From contig CBDBCF010000001.1 of assembly GCA_965202985.1 (NCBI GenBank), positions 544,001 to 608,000 of the forward strand: 64,000 nt of DNA, read 5' to 3'. The notes below the pieces were generated by a model, which was given only the letters and a program-made list of their open reading frames with translations, was not told the DNA's origin and did no database searches. Positions 49,788 through 59,396 of this stretch are shown one piece after another. Within the stretch, counting starts at the first letter, position 1. Each line of letters begins with the position of its first letter. The DNA comes from Longimicrobiales bacterium. GTDB lineage: Bacteria; Gemmatimonadota; Gemmatimonadetes; Longimicrobiales; Gaopeijiaceae. Position numbers and translations under genes: made by a program.

Positions 49788-50747
49788 TCACGCCGCCCGC
49801 TCGTAGGTGTAGAGGAAGTTGGTGAAGCCTCGGTCGTAGTCCGACAGGCCGTTTTGACCGGTGAGCTTCATGCGGGCGTCGTAGACCTCCCTCATCGCGC
49901 GGGCCAGCGCTCCCCCCTTCCCCTCGGGCGGGCGCAGGCGGCGGAAGTCCTCCAGGACGCTGCCCTCCAGCGGGGTGGAGTCCAGCAGCTCGGCGTAGCG
50001 GTCGGGGTCGTCGCCGTCCAGCACGCGCAAGTTGCGGTAGACGCGCTCGGCCAAGGCCGCCCGCCGAAGACGCCCGTCGCGAGAACCGGCCAGAGCCAAG
50101 TAGGCCAGCGCCTGGGCCTCGAGCTCCTTCAGGTAGCCCTTCCTGTGGCAGAACTCGTGCGCCAGGATGTGGGGCTCGAAGACGCCCGTGTCGCGGAAGA
50201 CGGCCACATCGCCCGACAGGATGTCGCAGCTGCCCGAGGCGAAGGGCATGATCAGCCGCGCCAGCGTCATCTCGCGCACCGAGCTGCTGGTTTCGACCCG
50301 CTGCCCGGTGACCCCGGCCAAGTACGACGTGAGACGCTCGTTCACGTCGACGGCCAGCTCGGCGCGGGTGCGGCGGCTTCGCGGCGCGTCGTCGCGGTCG
50401 GAGGCGTCCTTGCGGTCGCGGGCATCCACGCCGTCGGGGTCCTCCACGGCCATGAGCGCTTCGGAGTAGCGAGCCACGTCGTCCAGCCGCCGGGACTCGG
50501 GCATCTCGTCCATGTGGCGCACGTCCGACCCGAAGGTCCGAAGGAAGTCGATCTTCTTGACGCCGCGCCGACTGGCCCAGTCGCCCAGCGCGCTGCCGGC
50601 GTAGGCGCCCAACGCCGCCGCCTGAATCAGCCGTCCGGGGAGGGTGGCGCCGATCAACAGCCGCGACGCGATGGGGGCGGCGAACACCAGATCGGCCAGC
50701 GCAATGGGCGAATAGGTCGCGCTGTTGGGGATGCGTATCGTCTCCAT
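49788..50747 (-). CDS. DUF3810-like HExxH putative zinc metallopeptidase
   Basis: PHILAHEFCHRKGYLKELEAQALAYLA. Confidence 0.7.
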   Translation of the reverse strand: METIRIPNSATYSPIALADLVFAAPIASRLLIGATLPGRLIQAAALGAYAGSALGDWASRRGVKKIDFLRTFGSDVRHMDEMPESRRLDDVARYSEALMAVEDPDGVDARDRKDASDRDDAPRSRRTRAELAVDVNERLTSYLAGVTGQRVETSSSVREMTLARLIMPFASGSCDILSGDVAVFRDTGVFEPHILAHEFCHRKGYLKELEAQALAYLALAGSRDGRLRRAALAERVYRNLRVLDGDDPDRYAELLDSTPLEGSVLEDFRRLRPPEGKGGALARAMREVYDARMKLTGQNGLSDYDRGFTNFLYTYERAA

Positions 50748-50896
50748 CTCCGCCTCCGTTGGGAGTCTCGCTCACATGGCGCGGGTTCGCGGCGACGACG
50801 CCCTCCTCGAGCGGACCGCGCTCCTTCGCCTGCGGACGCGCGCCATTATTGATAAGGTACGCCAACATTACCGCCGCAAGGGATGGAGGTTTCAAC

Positions 50897-52195
50897 TTGG
50901 AGACGCCGGAGTCCCCCGAAAGCGCTCCCGCGGACGAGCCGACACGCGCCGACGCGCCCAGGGACGCCCCCGCCAACCGAAGCGCGCCTGCGCCCTTGGC
51001 CGGCGTGCGCGTGGCCGACTTCTCCCAGAACTTGGCGGGTCCGTACGCGACGCAGATCCTGGGCGACCTGGGGGCGAACGTGGTCAAGGTGGAGCCGCCG
51101 GGGGGCGACCCGGCCAGGCGATGGGGTCCTCCGTTCTTGGCCGGCCAGAGCGCCCTGTTCCAGGCGGCCAACCGGAACAAGCGGAGCGTGGTGCTGGACC
51201 TGAAGACCTCCGCCGGGCGCGCCCAGGCCCAGGAGTTGGCGGCGGGGGCGGACGTGGTGGTCCAGGCGCTGCGCCTCGGCGTCGCGGCTCGGCTGGGGAT
51301 CGGATACGAATCGGTGCGGCGCGCCAACCCCGCGGTCGTCTACGTGTCGGTGACCTCTCACGGCCCGGACGGCCCGTTGAAGGACGACCCGGGCTACGAC
51401 CCGCTGATGCAGGCTCGTTCGGGCCTGATGTCGGTGACCGGCGAGGCGGGCGGCAAGCCCGTTCGCGTGGGCGCGTCGGTGGTGGATTTGGGGACGGGCA
51501 TGTGGATTGCGCTGGCCGTGACGAGCGCCTTGATGGAGCGGGCGCGCACCGGCCGGGGCCGCCATGTCGAGGCGTCGCTGCTGGACACGGCGCTGGCCTG
51601 GATGTCGTATCATCTCACGAGCTTCCTGGTCACGGGAGCCGACCCGCAGCCCCAGGGCACCGCCATCGCCATGATCGCGCCCTATCAGGCCTTCCCCTGC
51701 ACCGACGGAGAAGTCGTGATCGCCGCCGGCACCGACGCCATCTTCCGACGCCTGTGCACCGCGCTGGAGTTGGACCTGGCGTCGGACCCGCGCTACTCGG
51801 ACAACGCCGGCCGCGTGGCGCATCGGGAACCGCTGGCCGCCCGGCTGTCGGAGCGCACGAGGCGCCTTCCCGTGGCCGCGCTGCTGGACCTGTTGCGGGA
51901 GCACCGCGTGCCGGCGGCGCCGATCCACACCGTCGCGTCGGCCCTGGCGGACCCCCAGACGAAGGCGGCCGACATGCTGCGGCCGTGTCCCCATCCCTTG
52001 GCCGAGGACTACATGGACGTGCCCATGCCCCTGCGTTGGGACGGAAGCCGGGCGCCGCTTCGGCGCGTGCCGCCGGAGACGGGCCAGCATCAGGACGAGG
52101 TGTTCCCGGAAGGGGGCGGCGTCCGCTGGGGAAACGGGGACCGCCGGGAAGGCGGGCGCGTCGGCGTCCAGACGCCGGGAGATCGGCCGTGCTGA
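50897..52195 (+). CDS. CaiB/BaiF family III CoA-transferase
   Basis: PLAGVRVADF, AGPYATQILGDLGA, NRNKRS, PGYD; GGAGG + TTG start. Confidence 0.92.
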   Translation: METPESPESAPADEPTRADAPRDAPANRSAPAPLAGVRVADFSQNLAGPYATQILGDLGANVVKVEPPGGDPARRWGPPFLAGQSALFQAANRNKRSVVLDLKTSAGRAQAQELAAGADVVVQALRLGVAARLGIGYESVRRANPAVVYVSVTSHGPDGPLKDDPGYDPLMQARSGLMSVTGEAGGKPVRVGASVVDLGTGMWIALAVTSALMERARTGRGRHVEASLLDTALAWMSYHLTSFLVTGADPQPQGTAIAMIAPYQAFPCTDGEVVIAAGTDAIFRRLCTALELDLASDPRYSDNAGRVAHREPLAARLSERTRRLPVAALLDLLREHRVPAAPIHTVASALADPQTKAADMLRPCPHPLAEDYMDVPMPLRWDGSRAPLRRVPPETGQHQDEVFPEGGGVRWGNGDRREGGRVGVQTPGDRPC

Positions 52196-53500
52196 CGCGG
52201 TTGCGCGCCAGGGGCTACAAGTCGCTTGGAGACGTGGAGACGACGTTCGAGCAGCTGTCCGTGCTGTTCGGCCCCAACGCCGCGGGCAAGAGCAACATCC
52301 TGGACGCGCTCCAGCTGCTGTCGAGGATCGCCACAAGCCGCACGCTGAAGGAAGCCTTCGACCCTCCGTACCGCGGAAAGCCCTTGGAGTCGTTCAGCTT
52401 CGGGAAGGGCGGCGTCAAGGAGCACCTGTCCAGAGAACAGTTGCGCTTCACCCTCGAGGCGGACATTCGCCTGTCCGATGCGGTGGTCGAGAGCGTCGAT
52501 CGGAGGATCCGGGAAATGCGGCATCCCGGACGCAAGGGCAACGGTGGCGAAGCTCGCGGAAGGCCGGCGGCGCTAGTCCGGGAGCGCAACCTTCGCTACC
52601 GCGTCGAAGTGGAGATGCTTCCCAGGTCGGGCGTCTTGAGGTTGGCCGACGAGTACTTGGCCGCACTGACCGACGACGGCAAACCGAAGGCGAATCGCAA
52701 ACCGTTCCTGGAACGCAAGGGCGACAAGCTTCACCTTCGCATCGAGAGACAGTCGCATCCGCGGTACTACGATCGCTTCTTGGATCACAGCATCTTGTCG
52801 ATGCCGCACTACCCGCCGCACTACCCCCATGTCGCGGCGGCGCGAAAAGAGCTCGAGAGCTGGATGTTCTTCTACTTCGAGCCGCGGGAACGTATGCGCG
52901 CCTCCAATCCAGTCAAGGAGGTGCGCCACATCGGACTCATGGGCGAGGAGCTCGCGACCTTCTTGAACACCGCAAAGGCCACGAACCCGAAGGGATTCAA
53001 AGGGATCGAGAAGTCGTTGCAGGTCCTTGTTCCGGGAATCGACGGCATCGAAGTGGACGTGAACGAACTGGGCGAGGTCGAACTCCGCCTGCGAGAGGGC
53101 GACGTTTCCGTGCCGGCCCGCGTAGTCTCCGAAGGCACGTTGCGATTGCTAGGGCTGCTTGCCTTGGGCGGGATCGACGAAGCGCCCTCCTTGGTGGGTT
53201 TCGAAGAGCCGGAGAACGGGGGTTCACCCGCGTCGAATTCGCCTGATCGCCGAGTTCCTGAGGACATGCATGCAGCTGAAGACGACTCAGTACATCGTCA
53301 CAACCCATTCGCCGATCCTTCCCGACCACCTGCCCAACCGCTCCCTTCTCGCCGTCCGCCGAGACAACGGCGAGACGCGCGCCGAACCGTTGGCCGCCTG
53401 GGGATCGCTGGCCCGCGGCCAAGCCATTGGCGAGGCTCTGTCCGACGAGCAGGAGCTTTCGATCTCCGAACGGATTATGAGAGGCGACTTCGGTGCATGA
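52189..53500 (+). pseudogene. AAA_21/ABC-type ATPase, +1 frameshift in G5 run at 53218-53222
   Basis: GPNAAGKSN, SEGTLR, FEEPEN then GVHP..IVTTHSP in shifted frame. Confidence 0.85.
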
Positions 53501-54092
53501 GATCGCCCTGTTTGTGGAGGACGACGCTCACGAGCGCGTGGTGGGCGCCTTGGTGCGGCGAGTCGCCGAGGAGCAAGGGGTTCGGGTCTCGATCAACTGG
53601 CGAAGTACGCGAGGAGGACACGGCCGGGTCGCACGAGAGTTCAAGCAGTGCCTTCGTGGTCTGGAGCGGTCCGACGGTTCGGTTGCCAGCATGGTGGTGG
53701 TTGCAACCGATGCCAACTGCAAGCGACGCTCGCAGCGATCCAAGGAAATCAACGTGGACGCGCCAGTGCCGATCGTTCAGGCCATCCCCGATCCCCATGT
53801 CGAGCGCTGGTTGTTGCTTGACGGAGCGGCGTTCAAGGAGGTCTTTGGGGCAGGATGCCGCGCGCCGGACCGCAAGTGTCGACGCGACCGATACAAGGAG
53901 CTTCTTGTACAGGCAATCCACGCTGCCGGTACCCAGCCGTTGCTAGGAGGGATCGAGTACGCGGAGGACATTGTGAACAAGATGGATCTGGCTCGCGCGA
54001 GCCGCGCAGACCCGTCGTTGGATCAGTTCCTGCGCGACCTGCGGGCCGGACTCTCGCAACTCGCCCGCAGCCCCCTTTCGAAAGGCATATGA
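53493..54092 (+). CDS. DUF4276/RloB-like TOPRIM-type protein
   Basis: FVEDDAHE, VATDAN, PHVERWLLLD; coupled to ATPase. Confidence 0.7.
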   Translation: MHEIALFVEDDAHERVVGALVRRVAEEQGVRVSINWRSTRGGHGRVAREFKQCLRGLERSDGSVASMVVVATDANCKRRSQRSKEINVDAPVPIVQAIPDPHVERWLLLDGAAFKEVFGAGCRAPDRKCRRDRYKELLVQAIHAAGTQPLLGGIEYAEDIVNKMDLARASRADPSLDQFLRDLRAGLSQLARSPLSKGI

Positions 54093-54093
54093 C

Positions 54094-55503
54094 GTGACTC
54101 GAATCCCTGTTCTTCTCTTCCTTGCCGCCGCCCTGCACGCCTGCACGGCCGACGCCGAACCCGACCCGGATGCTCCTGTTCTCGTCGACGGCGGCACAGT
54201 CGTGGTCATGGACGACGCCGGGACGGTGCTGGAGGGGGGCGCGGTGATCGTGGAGGACTCGCGCATCGTCCGGCTGTTGACCGCCGACGAGCCCCGACCA
54301 TCGGGCGTTCAGGTGATCGACGCGACGGGCCACCTGGTGATCCCGGGCCTGGTGAACGTCCACGGCCACGCCGCCATGTCCCTCCTGCGGGGCTTGGCCG
54401 ACGACCTGCCCCTCATGACGTGGCTGGAAGAGCACATCTTCCCCGTGGAGGCGGAGCTGGTCGCCCCGGAGTTCGTGTACTGGGGCACCCTGCTGTCGGC
54501 GGTGGAGATGCTGCGCAGCGGAACCACCACCTTCGCGGACATGTACTACTTCCCAGACGACGTGGCGCGGGCCGTCGCCCTCGCCGGCATTCGAGCGGTC
54601 ACGGGACCGGGGATCATCGGCTTTCCCGCGCCCGACTTCGCCACGCCCGATGCTTCCTTGGAGTCGGCGCCCGCCTTCTTCGAGCGCTGGGCGGGCCATC
54701 CGCTGCTGACGCTCGGGGTGTCGGCGCACGCGCTGTACACGACGCCTCTGGACGCCGTGGAACAGGCGGTCCGCTTGGCCAACGAGCGCAGCGCCGTCTT
54801 CCAGATCCACACGGCGGAAGACGCAAGCGAGGACTCGGTGGCGCGGGCCGCCACGGGGATGGGCGTGGTGGAGGCGTTGGAGTCGGTCGGTGCGTTGCGG
54901 CCGGGGACGGTGCTGGCCCACGCGATCTACCTGTCGGACGCGGACATCGCGCGGGTGGCGGCCAGCGGCGCGGGGCTGGCGCACAACCCGCAGAGCAACA
55001 TGAAGCTGGGGATCCCGGACGCGGCGCCCGTGGCTGCGGCGCTGGCCGCCGGAGTGCCGGTGGGGCTGGGCACCGACGGCCCCGCCAGCAACAACGATCT
55101 GGACCTGTTCGACGAGATGGACGCGGCGGCCAAGCTGGCCAAGTTCGCGTCGGGCGACCCTTCGGTTCTGCCGGCGGAGACGGTCTTTCGCATGGCCACG
55201 GCGGGCGGCGCGCGGGTGCTGAACCTGCACGACCGGATCGGCTCGTTGGAGCCCGGCAAGCTGGCCGACATCGTGCTCGTGGACGCGGGCCGCCCCGGAC
55301 TGGTCCCCCTGTACCGCGTCTATTCGCACCTGGTCTACGCCGCGCGGGGAAGCGACGTGGCCACGGTCCTGGTCGGGGGGCGCGTGGTAGTCCGCGACGG
55401 CCGCGCGACCACCGTGGACGAAGCGCAGGTGACGGCGCGCGCCCGCGAGTTCGGCGGCAGGGTTCGCGAAGTCGTGGAGGCGGTGAGCGGAGGCGCTCGG
55501 TAG
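54094..55503 (+). CDS. MTA/SAH deaminase-like amidohydrolase
   Basis: PGLVNVHGH, SGTTTFADMY, IHTAE, AHNPQSNMKL, GTDG. Confidence 0.9.
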   Translation: MTRIPVLLFLAAALHACTADAEPDPDAPVLVDGGTVVVMDDAGTVLEGGAVIVEDSRIVRLLTADEPRPSGVQVIDATGHLVIPGLVNVHGHAAMSLLRGLADDLPLMTWLEEHIFPVEAELVAPEFVYWGTLLSAVEMLRSGTTTFADMYYFPDDVARAVALAGIRAVTGPGIIGFPAPDFATPDASLESAPAFFERWAGHPLLTLGVSAHALYTTPLDAVEQAVRLANERSAVFQIHTAEDASEDSVARAATGMGVVEALESVGALRPGTVLAHAIYLSDADIARVAASGAGLAHNPQSNMKLGIPDAAPVAAALAAGVPVGLGTDGPASNNDLDLFDEMDAAAKLAKFASGDPSVLPAETVFRMATAGGARVLNLHDRIGSLEPGKLADIVLVDAGRPGLVPLYRVYSHLVYAARGSDVATVLVGGRVVVRDGRATTVDEAQVTARAREFGGRVREVVEAVSGGAR

Positions 55504-55585
55504 CGCCGGGTAAAACCCTACGGCGTCGTTCCTCGTATCTTCCGACGAGGGGTTCGGCGTTCCACCTTGCGGAAAGGAGACCCGC

Positions 55586-56650
55586 ATGTCCCGGAGGCGA
55601 TGGCTTCGCGGTCTGGCCGCGGTGGCTGCGCTGGTGCTGGACTTCTTGGTCCTGCGTCCGGCGGGCGATCCGGACCCGAGCGCGGGAACCGGCCTGCAGG
55701 TCTTTGCGCCGGGCGACTTCGCGGCGGCCATGGCCCTCCAGGAGCGCCACAACCAGGACCTGCTCGCATTGCCCGGCGTGGCGGGGACCGCCGTCGCCTT
55801 GGGGCTGGACGGCCGGCCGGTCGTCAAGGTGTACCTGACCGCGGCCGGCGTGGCGGGCTTGCCGGCAAGCCTGGACGGCCACGCGCTGGCGACCGAGGTC
55901 ACCGGAGCCTTCTACGCCCTGGGCGCCGCGCCTTCCGGCAACGAGGACGCCCCGGATCCCCGGCGGTCGTTCCCCCGCCCCGTTCCCATCGGCGTTTCCA
56001 CCGGACAAGTGGACGTGACCGCGGGCACGATCGGCGCCCGGGTCGTGTCGGGAACGCGCGTGTTCGCGCTGAGCAACAACCACGTCTACGCCAACAAGAA
56101 CGATGCGACCCTGGGCGACCGCATCCTTCAACCCGGACGGGTGGACGGAGGCGCGGACCCGGCGGACGCCATCGGCACCCTTCACGACTACGAGCCGATT
56201 CGGTTCTGCTCGCCGTTCCCGGTCTGCCCCGGCAACCGCATCGACGCGGCCGTCGCGGCGACCACGCCGGGGCAGCTGGGCAACGCCACGCCCGCGAACG
56301 GCTACGGCGTTCCCCGCACTGCAACGGCGACCGCCAAGCTGGGGATGGCGGTGCAGAAGTACGGGCGAACCACTGGTCACACCACCGGGCGCGTCGGCGG
56401 CTTGAACGCGACGATCAACGTCGGCTTCCGCGACGGCACCGCCCGCTTCACGGGCCAGATCGTCATTTCGCAGGCCGGCTTCTCGGGGCCGGGCGACTCG
56501 GGCTCGCTGATCGTGTCGGGCGGGTCCGGGGAGGACAGCCGCCGTCCCGTGGGGCTCCTGTTCGCCGGCAGCGAGACGAGCACCTTGGCCAACCCCATCG
56601 ACTGGGTGCTGGACCGCTTCGACGTTCAAGTGGACGGGGACGGGAGCTGA
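55586..56650 (+). CDS. Trypsin-like serine protease with N-terminal pro-like domain
   Basis: SNNHV (His), IDAA (Asp), GDSGS (Ser); KYGRTTG. Confidence 0.85.
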   Translation: MSRRRWLRGLAAVAALVLDFLVLRPAGDPDPSAGTGLQVFAPGDFAAAMALQERHNQDLLALPGVAGTAVALGLDGRPVVKVYLTAAGVAGLPASLDGHALATEVTGAFYALGAAPSGNEDAPDPRRSFPRPVPIGVSTGQVDVTAGTIGARVVSGTRVFALSNNHVYANKNDATLGDRILQPGRVDGGADPADAIGTLHDYEPIRFCSPFPVCPGNRIDAAVAATTPGQLGNATPANGYGVPRTATATAKLGMAVQKYGRTTGHTTGRVGGLNATINVGFRDGTARFTGQIVISQAGFSGPGDSGSLIVSGGSGEDSRRPVGLLFAGSETSTLANPIDWVLDRFDVQVDGDGS

Positions 56651-56655
56651 CCGGC

Positions 56656-56874
56656 GTGGACGCCTTCGACCGGGCGCTGGCCCAGGTCGCGCGCAAGGTG
56701 ATCAACCTGCCGGGCGTGGCGGGCACGGCCGCCGGCACGAGCGGGGGCAAGCCGTGCGTCGTCGTTTACCTGGAACGGGACGACGCCGGCCTGCGAAAGC
56801 GCATCCCCGCGTCCCACTCCGGCGTGCCCGTGGTCGTCGAGGTGACGGGGGCGTTCGGTTTGCGCTCGGGCTAG
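56656..56874 (+). CDS. Small protein homologous to the upstream protease N-terminal domain
   Basis: LPGVAGTA..G.P.VxVYL...PAS..G...EVTGAF shared with the protease. Confidence 0.75.
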   Translation: MDAFDRALAQVARKVINLPGVAGTAAGTSGGKPCVVVYLERDDAGLRKRIPASHSGVPVVVEVTGAFGLRSG

Positions 56875-56933
56875 CGCCAGCCTACGTTGCCCGGGGCGCT
56901 TGACGCCGCTCCCCGCCTCTAGGAGGACTCCCG

Positions 56934-58154
56934 ATGATCAACGCTTGCGGCAGGACAGACCGCCGGGCCGCGTTGGCCGTCACGTCCGTGGCGCTTGTCG
57001 GGCTCCTCGGCGGCTGCGCCGACGACGGGTCCTCCCCGGGCGCCGCCGCGGTCGTTCGGGACACACTGCCTTGGGGCGTCGAGCGCGTCGTCAGCTCTCC
57101 CGCCTTGGAACCGGACTGGATCCTCGTCGAAGAGGTGCGAGTCGGGGCCGTCGACGGCGAGGGCCCCGAGTCGTTTGCTTACATCAAGGGGCTGGCGGTG
57201 CTCGACGACGGCAGCACTGCCGTGCTGGATTCCCCGGCGGGAGAGGTGCGCGTCTTCGGCCCCGACGGCGCTCACTTGGCCACGCACGGCCGGGCTGGCG
57301 AGGGGCCCGGCGAGTTCCAGGACGCCAACGGGCTTATGCTGGCCCCGGACGGCCGGCTGTGGGTGCCCGACGAGCGAGCCGGACGCGTATCGGTCTTCGA
57401 TCCGATCGACGGCTTCGTCGAGTCCTTCCGCTTCGAGACCACCAGCATCGGATGGCTGTGGAGCGGCCGAATGGGCTCCGACGGGCGCGTCTTCAAGCCC
57501 GCCACGGAAGGGGAGAGCCCTGGGCGGCGGAACGTCCTTCGCGTCTACGACCAGACGATGACGGAGGTGGTGTCGATGCCGATGCCGGGCAACGCCGATT
57601 TCAGCTTGGATCAGCCTTCGGCCTTTTGCTGGTCGTCGTCCGGAGGCGCCATGGGTTGCATCGGCGTGCCGTGGTATCCGGTGTCGGTCCGGCACATCGA
57701 CCCGTCGGGCGCCGTCTGGACCACCGCCGGAGGCAGCCCCGCCTATCGGATCAGCAAGTGGACGCCCGGCGGGGACACTGCCCTCGTGGCCGTCGTGGAG
57801 CGGTCGCCTGTTTCCGTCACCACAACGGAACGGGACTCGGCGGAGGCGCTGGTCCGCGACAGGATGCCCGAAGGGGCGGAGTTCGATCTGTCCCGAATCC
57901 CCCAGGTCAAGCCGCTGGTGCGGGACATCTTCGTCACTTCCGAGGGGCACGTATGGGTGCAGACTCGCATGCCCGGCTTCGAGACCGCCTTCGACGTGCT
58001 CGCGGCGGACGGCGGCCTCATGGGCACGGCAACGTGGGATGCGCAGCTGGGGTCGAGGGTAGAGCCGGTCGTTCGGAGCAATTCGCTCTGGGCGGTGGTC
58101 GTGGACGAGCTGGGCGTGCAGTACGTGGTCCGAGCTCGGCTGGAGCCTGCATAG
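56934..58154 (+). CDS. 6-bladed beta-propeller lipoprotein (distant from P1-P4)
   Basis: AGGAGG RBS; LGGC lipobox; GRAGEGPGEF; DELGVQYVVR. Confidence 0.85.
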   Translation: MINACGRTDRRAALAVTSVALVGLLGGCADDGSSPGAAAVVRDTLPWGVERVVSSPALEPDWILVEEVRVGAVDGEGPESFAYIKGLAVLDDGSTAVLDSPAGEVRVFGPDGAHLATHGRAGEGPGEFQDANGLMLAPDGRLWVPDERAGRVSVFDPIDGFVESFRFETTSIGWLWSGRMGSDGRVFKPATEGESPGRRNVLRVYDQTMTEVVSMPMPGNADFSLDQPSAFCWSSSGGAMGCIGVPWYPVSVRHIDPSGAVWTTAGGSPAYRISKWTPGGDTALVAVVERSPVSVTTTERDSAEALVRDRMPEGAEFDLSRIPQVKPLVRDIFVTSEGHVWVQTRMPGFETAFDVLAADGGLMGTATWDAQLGSRVEPVVRSNSLWAVVVDELGVQYVVRARLEPA

Positions 58155-58156
58155 CG

Positions 58157-59311
58157 ATGGCCGGACGCGCGGTTGGTCGTCGGACGTTCCTGGGGGGCGC
58201 GGCTGCAGCCGTGGGAGCGCTGGGCGTGGCGCCGGGAGGACTGCGGGCGGCGTTGGCGCGCTATGCTCCCGAGTCCCGCTTCTCGTCGCAGGACCCCGGC
58301 GACTACGACGCGATGGCCCGGCTGTCGTCCAACGAGAACCCCTACGGGCCGCTGCCCAAGGCCATGGAAGCCATGGAGCAGGCGTGGAAGTACGCCAACC
58401 GCTACCGGTACCCCGACGGCAACGTGCGGCAGGTCGTCGCGGACTATCTCGGGGTCGACTCGGAGAACGTCCTGTTGACCGCCGGTTCGGAAGAGGTGCT
58501 CAAGGCGGTCGGGAACGCGTTGCTGGGGACAGGCAAGAAGGTGGTGGGCGTCGAGCCTTCCTACGGGTCCGTGTACCGCTACGCCACGGGCATCCACGCG
58601 GACGCCGTCAAGCTGGCCCTGCTGGAGGACCACACCCAGGACGTCCCGGCCATGATTCGGGCCGTCGAGCGGCACCACCGCCAGGTCGGATTCGTCTACC
58701 TGTGCAACCCGAACAACCCTACGGGCGCCGTGGTGCCGGCGACCGAAGTGCGCCGGCTGCTGGACGCAATCCCCGACGACGTGCCGGTGCTGGTGGACGA
58801 AGCATACCACCACTTCGTGGAGGACCCGCGCTACGAGAGCGCCGTGCCCTACGTGAGGGAAGGCCGGAACGTGATCGTGGCCCGCACCTTCTCCAAGATC
58901 TACGGCATGGCGGGGATGCGGCTGGGGTACGCGGTTGCGGCGCCCGAGACGCTGGCGCGGATTCGCACCTTCAGCACGGGGACGATCAACACCCTGGTCA
59001 AGTGGGGCGGCGCCGCGTCGATTCAGGACGCGGAGGGGGAGGCGCGGGTTCGGGCCGAGACGTTGCGCCTGCGCAAGCGGAGCACCGAGCAGCTGGCCGG
59101 CTGGGGCTTCGAGGTGATCCCTTCCGAAACGAACTTCTTCATGGTGCGGACCGGGCGCCCGGTGCAAGAGGTGCGGGCTCGGTTCTGGGACGAAATGGTG
59201 GCCGTGGGCCGGCCCTTCCCGCCGATGCTGGACTGGTTGCGCGTGTCGGTGGGCACGGAAGAGGAGATGGACCGCTTCACCGCTGCTTTCAGGAAGATCT
59301 TCGCGGTCTGA
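58157..59311 (+). CDS. HisC-like class I/II aminotransferase with twin-arginine signal
   Basis: GRRTFLG; LSSNENPYGP, CNPNNPTG, VDEAY, RTFSKIYGMAGMRLGY. Confidence 0.9.
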   Translation: MAGRAVGRRTFLGGAAAAVGALGVAPGGLRAALARYAPESRFSSQDPGDYDAMARLSSNENPYGPLPKAMEAMEQAWKYANRYRYPDGNVRQVVADYLGVDSENVLLTAGSEEVLKAVGNALLGTGKKVVGVEPSYGSVYRYATGIHADAVKLALLEDHTQDVPAMIRAVERHHRQVGFVYLCNPNNPTGAVVPATEVRRLLDAIPDDVPVLVDEAYHHFVEDPRYESAVPYVREGRNVIVARTFSKIYGMAGMRLGYAVAAPETLARIRTFSTGTINTLVKWGGAASIQDAEGEARVRAETLRLRKRSTEQLAGWGFEVIPSETNFFMVRTGRPVQEVRARFWDEMVAVGRPFPPMLDWLRVSVGTEEEMDRFTAAFRKIFAV

Positions 59312-59396
59312 ACGGGCTGCGCGAAGGGGAACTGCCCAGCCGGCGCGCACGCGGACGGCCTAGCCGGCGTGCAGGCGCGAGCGTCCGACCGGACCC

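Noticed and set aside
50725..53946. 1073-aa ORF as a single protein
   Set aside because: Only 52189-53220 is meaningful (ATPase); the rest overlaps other genes out of frame
56934..58154. Fifth propeller as part of the peptide cassette system
   Set aside because: Divergent subfamily, lacking the leader motif and an upstream Cys peptide
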